Of a stretch of DNA of 64,000 bases, positions 10,301-17,727 are shown piece by piece. A program made the position numbers and the translations under genes. The DNA is from Aulosira sp. ZfuVER01. Its GTDB lineage: Bacteria; Cyanobacteriota; Cyanobacteriia; Cyanobacteriales; Nostocaceae. Every line of letters begins with the position of its first letter. The first letter of the stretch is position 1. The stretch spans positions 1 through 64,000 of the forward strand of contig JAVRCV020000052.1 in assembly GCA_034530615.2 (NCBI GenBank). Reading direction: 5' to 3'. Under the pieces are notes generated by a model. It did no database searches, was not told where the DNA came from, and saw only the letters and a list, made by a program, of their open reading frames with translations.

Positions 10301-10962
10301 TACAAGGAGAAAACCTCAAAACCTTTAAAGCACATAAAAGTTATGTCACAAATGTTCGTTTTAGTCCCGATGGTCAAATCATAGCCTCAGCCAGTCAGGA
10401 TAAAACCATTAAAATCTGGAGTTTGGAGGGTAAGGAACTTAAAACTCTCAAAGGTCATAATACCGGAGTTACCAAAATTAGCTTTAGTCCAGATGGTGAG
10501 CCAGTTGCGGTGGTGAGGCAGTCCGGTCTTGGGGGTCTCCCCCAGGAGGAACTGCCGAAAGGGTTCCCTGGCATAAGCAAACTGGCGTTCCCCGCAGGGG
10601 TTCTCGCAGAGTACCCGAAGGGCAAAATCCTCGCTTCCGCCAGTACTGACGACACAATCCGACTTTGGCGGGTAGCAGATGGTCAAGAGCTAAAAACCAT
10701 TTATGGTCATAGTTATGCTTTTTGGAATATCAGTTTTAGTCCAGATGGCAAAAAAATTGTCTCTGTCAGTGATGATGGACTTGTTGAACTCTGGGATGCT
10801 GAATTCCTAGATTTTGACCAACTAATAGTTCGGGGTTGTTCTTGGTTACGTGATTATCTTCAAAACAATCCCAGCGTCCAAGAAACCGATAAACATATTT
10901 GCGATCGCATTCATATCCCTGTTCCAGATAAAACAATGCTTTTGAAAGGCGAAGCGCAATAA
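7306..10962 (+). CDS. AAA-like (AAA_35-type) ATPase + TM helix + WD40 repeat protein
   Basis: NSRQMGKSS, IFIDEVD, TPFNIG, WTGGQPFLTQ; hydrophobic segment GGIVLVISLVAGMVAGIWA; about 14 GH...FSPDG...KLW repeats. Confidence 0.9.
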   Translation: MTNFNYYKLGGSLEYQHPTYVVRQADSDLYEGLIKGNLCYVFNSRQMGKSSLRVHITKQLKEQGIKCASVDLTRIGSHITPLEWYGGFVSELLRGFGLSKKVNFSIWWRQHEFLPPKQRLSQLIDDILFPEITGKIIIFIDEVDSIIGIDFKDDFFAFIRACYNQRADNSEYQRLTFCLLGVATPSNLVADKNRTPFNIGKAIELTGFKLAEVAALSRGLEEIVARPEFVIEEVLKWTGGQPFLTQKLCQLICISQKPFPAHHEVECIERLVQTQIIENWEAQDEPEHLRTIRDRLTQNAENQTGRLLALYQQILTQGEIPADDSPEQMQLRLTGLIVKQQGKLRVYNKIYAEIFNQAWVNKVLANIRPYSQSLNAWVASNLQDESRLLRGQTLQDARIWAADKGLSDLDRKFLDASQELEKRDIQKRLQAEAEASRILVEANEVLVAANHKAKRRIKMGGIVLVISLVAGMVAGIWANMVVKDIQLERIKSLTISANGLLNSNRELDALVAALKAAVKSKSATSADANTKEAIRLALQRAVYKVRERNRLEGHNDVVRSVNFSPDGQNIVTASEDSTVRLWSIDGREITKITVKNQIFTNVIFSPDSKMIAAISSDKTVNIWGLDGREIITFKGQDEETFMSSICWTPDGKVIAAPGRDNTVKFWNINGKEIKTLKGHKVSVWSISCSPDSKTIVTADLGGVIKIWSIDGQELKSFQASKQSIFGVSFSPDGKAIATAGGDTTVKLWNLEGKEIKTLGKHDNYAISVSFSPDGKVIASTSADKTVKLWSVNGKELKTLQGHNDSVFSASFSPDSKTIASASADQTVKLWNIGDQEPKSLIGHNDSLWGVSFSPDGKIIASAGDDKTIKLWNLDGQELASIKADSENWNRIWNLNFSPNGQIIATANSDKTIKLWNLNGQNIQTFKAHNNEVTEVNFSPNGQTLVSASYDGTVKLWDINGQELRTLEADAGKVYSANFSPNGQTLVSAHHDGTIKLWNLQGENLKTFKAHKSYVTNVRFSPDGQIIASASQDKTIKIWSLEGKELKTLKGHNTGVTKISFSPDGEPVAVVRQSGLGGLPQEELPKGFPGISKLAFPAGVLAEYPKGKILASASTDDTIRLWRVADGQELKTIYGHSYAFWNISFSPDGKKIVSVSDDGLVELWDAEFLDFDQLIVRGCSWLRDYLQNNPSVQETDKHICDRIHIPVPDKTMLLKGEAQ
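10498..10623 (+). mobile_element. Nested small dispersed repeat (SDR-like) inserted in frame in a WD40 repeat
   Basis: 126-bp GC-rich palindromic insert between the FSPDG and KILASAS codons. It shares GAGCCAGT..GCG and AGCAA..CTGGCGT with 5818-5912. Confidence 0.85.
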
Positions 10963-10991
10963 AAGATCGCCCTCAGGCTATAAGTTTGGGA

Positions 10992-11076
10992 TCTACACAA
11001 ACGAAGTCCGCCTCCGTGGACATATTGAAACCCGCGTAGGCGGGTTTGGTTTGTATAGCCGCGATTTCCAATCGCC
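10992..11076. repeat. REP-like dispersed palindromic repeat
   Basis: GTCCGCCTCCGTGGAC and AAACCCGCGTAGGCGGGTTT hairpins. Confidence 0.6.
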
Positions 11077-11110
11077 TGGTGTTTCTTCCAAAAGTGGATG
11101 CTCTCCAATT

Positions 11111-11135
11111 AAAAAAGCTCCCAACTAAAGGGAGC
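11111..11135 (-). terminator. Intrinsic terminator of the glycosyltransferase gene
   Basis: GCTCCC-N7-GGGAGC stem followed by a T-run on the minus strand. Confidence 0.55.
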
Positions 11136-11175
11136 AGATTGCAAACTATGGATATTAACTAAATAAAGTCATTGA

Positions 11176-12267
11176 CTAACGTTTCAAAGATGTAATTGAT
11201 TCCAAAGAATTTCTGATTGCAGAATTGAACCAATGCCGCCAGTTGCGATCGCCAACAATTTTTTCGTAGACTGCTTCATAGCCGTTAACCATTTGGGTAA
11301 CGCTAAATTTATTTTCTACGTGTTCGCGGCATTTTTGGCGATCAAGTTTTAAAGCTTTGGGTATCATTGTCGCCATTTCTTCGTAACTTTGGCAGACATA
11401 ACCTGTCTCACCATTAGCAATGACTTCTGATACAGAACCCATATTCATGGCGATCACAGGTGTACCAGTCGCCATAGATTCCGCCATCACCAACCCAAAA
11501 GGTTCGCACCAGGTGATAGGAAAGAGTGTAACCGCTGCATTCCCCAACAGTTCAGCTTTTTGCTCGTGGTTAAGTTCGCCTAAAAACTCTATTTGTTTCC
11601 CATCTATATGATGAGCAATTTCTTTTTCAAAGAACTCCTTGTCTACAACATCTATTTTACCCGCCATCTTCAAGCGCCAACCTGTCTGCTTGGCAATAGC
11701 AATGGCGTGTTGTGGCCCTTTTTCTGGCGATAAGCGTCCTAAAAATGCCAGGTAGGGTGGATCTTGAGGTTCAGCAAAAAAGGGAAACTTCTCAACGCTG
11801 ATGCCGTTGTAAACTGTGGCAGCATAATTAATGTTTAACAGCCGTTGAGCATCACTAATGCTGATGTATGGTTGCGTGCTGTATTGTCTAAAGACTTTGT
11901 TGTTATCGCGAGTAAAGATACCATGCAAGGTGTGCACTGTTGGTGTAGAAACCACACTAGCTAAAGGCAAAGACCAAACCCCTACATGGGAGTGAATAAT
12001 ATCAAATTCGCCAGCGCGTTGATAAACGTTACCAACGTGCATGAGTTCGTACATTACATGTTCTTGGATATCTTTATCCAAACGCAATGCACGTGTACTC
12101 CCAGCTTCTAGACGAGCTAGAGTTTCGGAATCACCGGAAGCGAATAGCGTGACATCGTGACCTCTACGTACCAGTTCATCGGTCAAACGACTCACAACTA
12201 ACTCAGTTCCGCCATAGGTAACAGGTGGAACTCTTTCCCATAAGGGTGCGATTTGTGCGATTTTCAT
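11176..12267 (-). CDS. GT4 family glycosyltransferase
   Basis: MKIAQIAP...YGGTE, FLGRLSPEKG, EPFGLVMAESMATGTPVIA. Confidence 0.92.
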   Translation of the reverse strand: MKIAQIAPLWERVPPVTYGGTELVVSRLTDELVRRGHDVTLFASGDSETLARLEAGSTRALRLDKDIQEHVMYELMHVGNVYQRAGEFDIIHSHVGVWSLPLASVVSTPTVHTLHGIFTRDNNKVFRQYSTQPYISISDAQRLLNINYAATVYNGISVEKFPFFAEPQDPPYLAFLGRLSPEKGPQHAIAIAKQTGWRLKMAGKIDVVDKEFFEKEIAHHIDGKQIEFLGELNHEQKAELLGNAAVTLFPITWCEPFGLVMAESMATGTPVIAMNMGSVSEVIANGETGYVCQSYEEMATMIPKALKLDRQKCREHVENKFSVTQMVNGYEAVYEKIVGDRNWRHWFNSAIRNSLESITSLKR

Positions 12268-12801
12268 AATGTATAGGGTTCAGCGGTCAAAAGTCCTGTC
12301 ACTTGGACTTTAATTTCAGATACAGGAAAACGATTTTCCTTCATATCTGCAATCGACTTTCACCTTGCTTGCGGCAAACTGCGCCCAATTAGGTGAACCG
12401 AACCAAAAACTCATCTCCAGTGAGTGTTAAGTTGATTTCACATTTCCAATGTGTCAGACTCAGTAATATTACCGCATCTATCTAAAGACAGTTTTTTTTC
12501 TCTGACTAAACAGTTATATAGTCGGGAATGGGCTAAAATACTCAATTTTCAGAACGAAAAAGAGGAAGCAGACGAGCAGAGGAAGTTGTTTGTATCAAAA
12601 ATTTCGTGAATTGGTATCAAAAAGGGATCAATTACCTTGAGAGAGCGATCGCTTTTCTAATGTGTGTAGGCGATCGCGTCTGAATTCAAATAGCATAGAA
12701 GTAGACAACCACTACCCTATGAATCTAAAACTCGAAGCCACGATCGCTGTTTCCCTAAAGGGAGATTGCGGATTTGGGAAAAAGGGCGATCGCAGACTGC
12801 T

Positions 12802-13065
12802 TCAGTCATTATAGTGAAATCGACAACTTAAAATGATGATTTCAGTTTCAGTTACTTTATAAACTAAACGATGCTCATCCGTAATTCGTCGTGACCAATA
12901 TCCGCTCAGTTCATGCTTTAGAGGTTCAGGTTTGCCAAGTCCGGTAAATGGTTGACGAAGAATATCGTTAATCAGATTAATAATCTTGCGATGAATTTTT
13001 TTATCTTCTGTTGCCCAGTCGTTAAATTGTGCGAATGCCTCAGGAGCGAATGTTATATTCTGCAT
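12802..13065 (-). CDS. yoeB: Txe/YoeB family toxin
   Basis: PFTGLGKPEPLKHELSGYWSRRITDEHRLVY...CRFHY. Confidence 0.92.
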   Translation of the reverse strand: MQNITFAPEAFAQFNDWATEDKKIHRKIINLINDILRQPFTGLGKPEPLKHELSGYWSRRITDEHRLVYKVTETEIIILSCRFHYND

Positions 13066-13333
13066 TCCATTCCTCAGGCGTAAAACTGACTAAGTTAGTT
13101 TTTGTTTCAACATTTTGCATAGCAGTCATCAAGTGGCAACGATTAGCTTCAGTAGACAACAAATACTCTGTCTCATCTTGTTTAATAGATTGGTTATTAG
13201 TATTTGTTACAACAACATCTTGTTCAACCAAAACAATCACTTCAACAACAGTTCCTTCTGCTAACTCAGAGGTTTGAATTTCGATTTTGCCATCCTTGCC
13301 AACAACCACCTGCTGTTTAATACCACTTAACAC
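13040..13333 (-). CDS. Antitoxin with YefM-like C-terminus
   Basis: Upstream of and overlapping yoeB; ETEYLLSTEAN..HL matches the YefM toxin-binding tail. Confidence 0.8.
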   Translation of the reverse strand: MLSGIKQQVVVGKDGKIEIQTSELAEGTVVEVIVLVEQDVVVTNTNNQSIKQDETEYLLSTEANRCHLMTAMQNVETKTNLVSFTPEEWNAEYNIRS

Positions 13334-13420
13334 GATTAAACCCTCATGGTGCTATATCTCATCATAGTTTTAGCTTAGTATGAGATTAATATCAAGGAAC
13401 GATACAGCGCGATCGCTTTT

Positions 13421-13541
13421 AGGGACTTCCAGAAAATAAATTATCCAATTGATTCAGATCATATTTTCTTTCTCCCCCCGATCAGAGATCCCTGCCTCCT
13501 GCCTACACAGCGATAGTATATTTTTGTAGTTGGAAGTCCCT
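13421..13541. mobile_element. MITE (121 bp) with 11-bp TIRs
   Basis: AGGGACTTCCA ... TGGAAGTCCCT; no coding capacity. Confidence 0.75.
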
Positions 13542-13568
13542 TATACTTTGGGTAGGCGATCGCTTGCA

Positions 13569-14609
13569 TTATTTTTGCTGAGATAAATCCATCAAATTCG
13601 CCAATTTATAAACAATTCGCGCCCCGACATTACCATCCCACTCAGCATCTCCGACTTCGCAGACATCAAAGCCAACGATTTTTCTGCCACTCTTCACCAA
13701 TTCTCGGAACAGGCAATAGGCTTGTTCTAATTCCAAACCTCCAGGAACAGGAGTACCCGTACCCGGACAGAGTTTGGGATCTAAACCATCAACATCAAAG
13801 CTGATGTGTACAAATTCCGGTAAATGGCTGATAATTTCTTGACACACATCAATCCAAGTTGCTCCCGAATAGAGCTTTTGTTTAATCGCTGGGTCGTAAT
13901 AAGCGACAATGCGACTATGAGATTCGTCAATAATTTGCACCTCATCATGACAAATATCGCGCAAACCCACCTGCACTAACTTGGAAATTTGCGGTATTTT
14001 CATCGCATTGAACATAATCGAGGCATGAGAAAACTCAAATCCCTCATAAGCATCCCGTAAATCTGCGTGGGCATCTATGTGTAAAATGCCGTAATCAGGG
14101 TACTTAGCTGCTAAGGCTTGAAAGTAACCTAAGGGTGAACTATGGTCGCCACCAATGACTGCAACTCGCTTCCCATCGTTCATTGCTTTTTGACAATTTT
14201 CAAATAACCATTGATTCACCTGTTGCGAAGCCTGATTAATTTCCGTAAGCACAGGTGTTAAATCTGGCGCATCTGTCAGTGCTTTCCCTTGGGCGAGGCG
14301 ATCGATAATTTTGGCAGCTAGAGTGCGATAGTATTCATTCTTCTCTAAAATATCTTGGGGAATTTCCATCATAAAAATTCCCTGTTTCCATCCCTCAGGA
14401 TGATCGAAATCAAACAAATCTAGTTGAGTGGATGCATCCAAAATCTGCTGCGGGCCGTTGGCGGTTCCTGCACCGTAGGAAACTGTAACTTCCCAAGGTA
14501 CGCCAAACACAATCAGGTTTGCAGACTCGTAATCGAATGGTAAACCCAAGAGATTACCATTGATTTCACCTACGCCACTGGGGTTGTAGTCTTGGAGGGG
14601 GTTAGTCAT
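13569..14609 (-). CDS. speB: Agmatinase/ureohydrolase family protein
   Basis: GGDHS, DAHADL, SFDVDGLDP, PGTGTPVPGG. Confidence 0.88.
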   Translation of the reverse strand: MTNPLQDYNPSGVGEINGNLLGLPFDYESANLIVFGVPWEVTVSYGAGTANGPQQILDASTQLDLFDFDHPEGWKQGIFMMEIPQDILEKNEYYRTLAAKIIDRLAQGKALTDAPDLTPVLTEINQASQQVNQWLFENCQKAMNDGKRVAVIGGDHSSPLGYFQALAAKYPDYGILHIDAHADLRDAYEGFEFSHASIMFNAMKIPQISKLVQVGLRDICHDEVQIIDESHSRIVAYYDPAIKQKLYSGATWIDVCQEIISHLPEFVHISFDVDGLDPKLCPGTGTPVPGGLELEQAYCLFRELVKSGRKIVGFDVCEVGDAEWDGNVGARIVYKLANLMDLSQQK

Positions 14610-14778
14610 AACACCTGATGATGTAAAGGAACAATAATAACCATGCTACGGATTGCGCTTTAATAGCTTAACGCTCTATAGATGGGTTTTCAATGTTGCA
14701 ATGAACTATGGCTTTTGGTTGCGATCGCACTAATTTATCTTATGAGAGGGGCTATAAATTCTGTTTTATACTGAGGTT

Positions 14779-15037
14779 CTGCCCAAGTTAGACATCATTC
14801 ATGACGCTGTCAAAAATGCACTAATGAAGGACGGCTGGATAATCACAGACGATCCCTACATCATTCAGTATCGAAGAACAACTGAACGGAATGGGCATAA
14901 ACTTGTCGTTGAAGTCAAAAGTTTTGTTGGCGCATCAAAGATACAGATTTAAAAGAGGCTCTTGGAAGGAAGATATTGTGTTGGCATTCCATGAGCCTAA
15001 AATGCGGCAGTATACAGATTTTGCAGTAGCGTCATAG
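14779..15037 (+). pseudogene. Fused, deleted xisH-xisI remnant
   Basis: PKLDIIHDAVKNALMKDGWIITDDPY...VEVKSFVG (XisH-like) joined to KEDIVLAFHEPKMRQYTDFAVAS* (XisI C-terminus); no ATG; frameshift and deletions. Confidence 0.8.
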
Positions 15038-15081
15038 TGATGAATCTAAATTAAAAATTGGCGATCGCACCAGTATAACCA

Positions 15082-16095
15082 TCAGCTTTGAATAGCAAAC
15101 TCCGTCGGATCGATGCCCCAATTTACCCAACAAATCGCTTCGCGGGCAGAAGTGATATCTGGTGGAACTCGCAAGACATGGATAAAACCAGTACTGGGAC
15201 AAGTCATTTTCAGTAAATTTATAGGTTCAACATCAACCTCAGACTCAATTTGTAGTAAGGTGTACTCTTGCCAGCGATCGCATTCTTTGGCTTGCAAATC
15301 TTGACAAATCCGTTCATAGCCAATGCCTTGAATCAAGACGCGCCGCAATTCAGCATTCCGTTGTTCTATTAGCCACTCAGCACGCCAGTTTGTTGGGTGG
15401 AGCTTACCATACTTTTCTGGCAGATTAATTCCCTTATAGGCATAGATACCAAAGCCATCGGGAAACTCGATTGCCGGAATTCCTTCACCATGAATTTCCC
15501 CCGCGCTATTCCAGCGAATTAGAGGACGGTGAATTGCGATCGCCACTCCCTCGTAAGGAAACATCCAACCAACCTGTTGCATATAGTTGCAAAACAGATT
15601 GTATTTATCTTGTTCTAGTGGAACTCCCAGCTGATGTGCTGCTGCAAACATTGCCGCCCAGCAAATACCCCATTCTGGTAACAAACAATCTCCTAAAAAA
15701 TCTCCCAAAACTTCAGTTAATCCATCCAACATAATCCACTGAAAAGAGCGTTCCCATACCGCAAATAGGGGATTTTTGATACTGTGGGTTAATTCTTGTT
15801 GCAATGTTCCTAAGCTGCTAGAGAGCGATTTCCACAAATCTTCTCGCAACACCTCCCACAACTCAGGTAACACACAGTCAGACTGCATACTTTCTTGCTC
15901 AACCTTCTCCCTAGCTGCTGCTGGACTCGCAACAAACTGGACTTCTGGTTGCGCCAATCCTGCAAATTTATACAATGCTTGAATTGCAATTGTTGCTTGC
16001 TCTAAATCCAGGGGCGTGCTGCTGACATTCCGCCACTGAGATTGAGTTTGAGAGATAATAATTTCTTTTTCTGACAATGAGGAATTTACAGCCAT
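15082..16095 (-). CDS. DUF6745 domain protein
   Basis: IHGEGIPAIEFPDG, NAELRRVLIQGIGY, LKMTCPSTG.IH.LRVPP. Confidence 0.8.
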   Translation of the reverse strand: MAVNSSLSEKEIIISQTQSQWRNVSSTPLDLEQATIAIQALYKFAGLAQPEVQFVASPAAAREKVEQESMQSDCVLPELWEVLREDLWKSLSSSLGTLQQELTHSIKNPLFAVWERSFQWIMLDGLTEVLGDFLGDCLLPEWGICWAAMFAAAHQLGVPLEQDKYNLFCNYMQQVGWMFPYEGVAIAIHRPLIRWNSAGEIHGEGIPAIEFPDGFGIYAYKGINLPEKYGKLHPTNWRAEWLIEQRNAELRRVLIQGIGYERICQDLQAKECDRWQEYTLLQIESEVDVEPINLLKMTCPSTGFIHVLRVPPDITSAREAICWVNWGIDPTEFAIQS

Positions 16096-16096
16096 A

Positions 16097-16438
16097 CTAT
16101 CTCCTGAATGCAGGCAATAAAAAATTTGCAGTTAGCCAAGTAGACATGGCAGCAAAAAATGGGCTAGTTATCACTGCTATAACCACCCAGATACCCAGCC
16201 ATGCCACGCCACCCATTGAACCTGATTCGGCAGGCGGTTGATTGAAATTACTTAGCCACTCAAGTAAACCAGTAATAAACATCGACGCGATCGCCCCCAA
16301 GCACAGCCCAACCACCCAGGCGATCGGTAACAACAGCAACATCCACGTCCCGCCAAATCTGATGAATGCCTGATAGCCAATCCATACAGATGGCCCCAAG
16401 AACAGCAGCAGTAATGCAATGATTACACCTAAATGCAT
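16097..16438 (-). CDS. Small membrane protein (about 3 TM)
   Basis: Hydrophobic helices; 1-bp gap to the DUF6745 gene. Confidence 0.7.
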   Translation of the reverse strand: MHLGVIIALLLLFLGPSVWIGYQAFIRFGGTWMLLLLPIAWVVGLCLGAIASMFITGLLEWLSNFNQPPAESGSMGGVAWLGIWVVIAVITSPFFAAMSTWLTANFLLPAFRR

Positions 16439-16484
16439 AGTTATTTATTTTTCAAAAAAATTACGGATTACGAATTAGAAATTA

Positions 16485-17555
16485 CTAAAATGCGCTGCCA
16501 TAACAGTTAAATTCATCTTTGTGTTCGGCACACTGAAACAGCAGCATGAGATTATCCATATCATAGTCCAATCCCTGATTGCCTTTGTATTCAATACCAT
16601 GACCTAATTGGTAGAAGAGTTGCATGGGTTGACCACAAATTCGACAATACTGATGCTCTACTTGTTGTCCCCAGTAACCCCACCCCGAAAGCTTATCTGC
16701 TGTTCTATTCCAAGCTAATTGAATATCTATTGGTGTAGGTCTGTCGGGGTCATCTTCCTCATAGTATTCACAATCCTGCACATCAACATGGAAGATCAGC
16801 ATTTCTTCGTATTCGCTGTATTCTGTACCGTAAGTTTCCTGTGCTTCCTCATAAAAAGGATAGTCATCAAAGGGTTGCCAGCCCACAATTTGCAGCATAT
16901 AGCGACCATGAAAGTCATCAAAACCATTGGTAATTACAGAGGGTGCCCATGTACTGAGGTTTGTGGCATCTTCTGCACTAATTTCCGGCTCTGGTAATGT
17001 TGATGTTGTTGATTCAGGAAGCGCCACAATTTGGGGGAATTGTACATAGCAAGAGAAACAGGAAAACAGTTGAAATAGTCCAGTCCCAAATTTGCCTTGC
17101 AAGCTTTCAGGTAATTCTTGCAGATTTAGTTGAAAATGAAAGTTTAAAGCACCTCCACAACCAGAACAATTTGGATGAGTTGCACCAGGACTCAGCCAAG
17201 GTTTACCCAGATACTTAGATGCCAAAGGAGCATCAAGAGTAGGTTTAATCAAGGGTTTCCAGCCAGTGCGTCGAAGATGATTTAACCGCGCCAAACGGCG
17301 ATCGCCTCGAGAAATTGGTTGCTTAGTGCGATCGCCTTTCTCTGCGCGCTCGTAACCCTTCTTCAGCTTAGAATTGACCAGCTTGCTAACTTCTGCCTGT
17401 GCTTTTTGAGGAGTATCATACGTTGTGACAGTTGTTTTGCCTGCATCGCCAATTCGCCCGTAGCGTACCGTTACTTCTACATCGTTGATTGTTACCTCAT
17501 AGAACTTGTGTGATTTACCATCTGAAAGCTCTAAATATGTTGTTTCCCTGTCCAT
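16485..17555 (-). CDS. WGR domain + DUF1963/YwqG-like protein
   Basis: Probable start MDRETTYLE; KFYEV...VRYGRIG...KKGY (WGR); SKYLGKPW, C..C..L.F.FQLNL, KLSGW..W.Q, C..CGQPM. Confidence 0.8.
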   Translation of the reverse strand: MDRETTYLELSDGKSHKFYEVTINDVEVTVRYGRIGDAGKTTVTTYDTPQKAQAEVSKLVNSKLKKGYERAEKGDRTKQPISRGDRRLARLNHLRRTGWKPLIKPTLDAPLASKYLGKPWLSPGATHPNCSGCGGALNFHFQLNLQELPESLQGKFGTGLFQLFSCFSCYVQFPQIVALPESTTSTLPEPEISAEDATNLSTWAPSVITNGFDDFHGRYMLQIVGWQPFDDYPFYEEAQETYGTEYSEYEEMLIFHVDVQDCEYYEEDDPDRPTPIDIQLAWNRTADKLSGWGYWGQQVEHQYCRICGQPMQLFYQLGHGIEYKGNQGLDYDMDNLMLLFQCAEHKDEFNCYGSAF

Positions 17556-17727
17556 GCAACTGCTCCTATTAGAGAAAAGATTCAAGCTGTTTGCAAGCAG
17601 AAAAATATAAGCATTATTACTAAAAAAGCTAAATTTAGCTAGTAACTTTGTTTACAAAATATTGCTTACAATTATGTTATAAATATTCCAAATTAGTAAA
17701 AGCAAATATAGAGAAAATTACTAAAAC

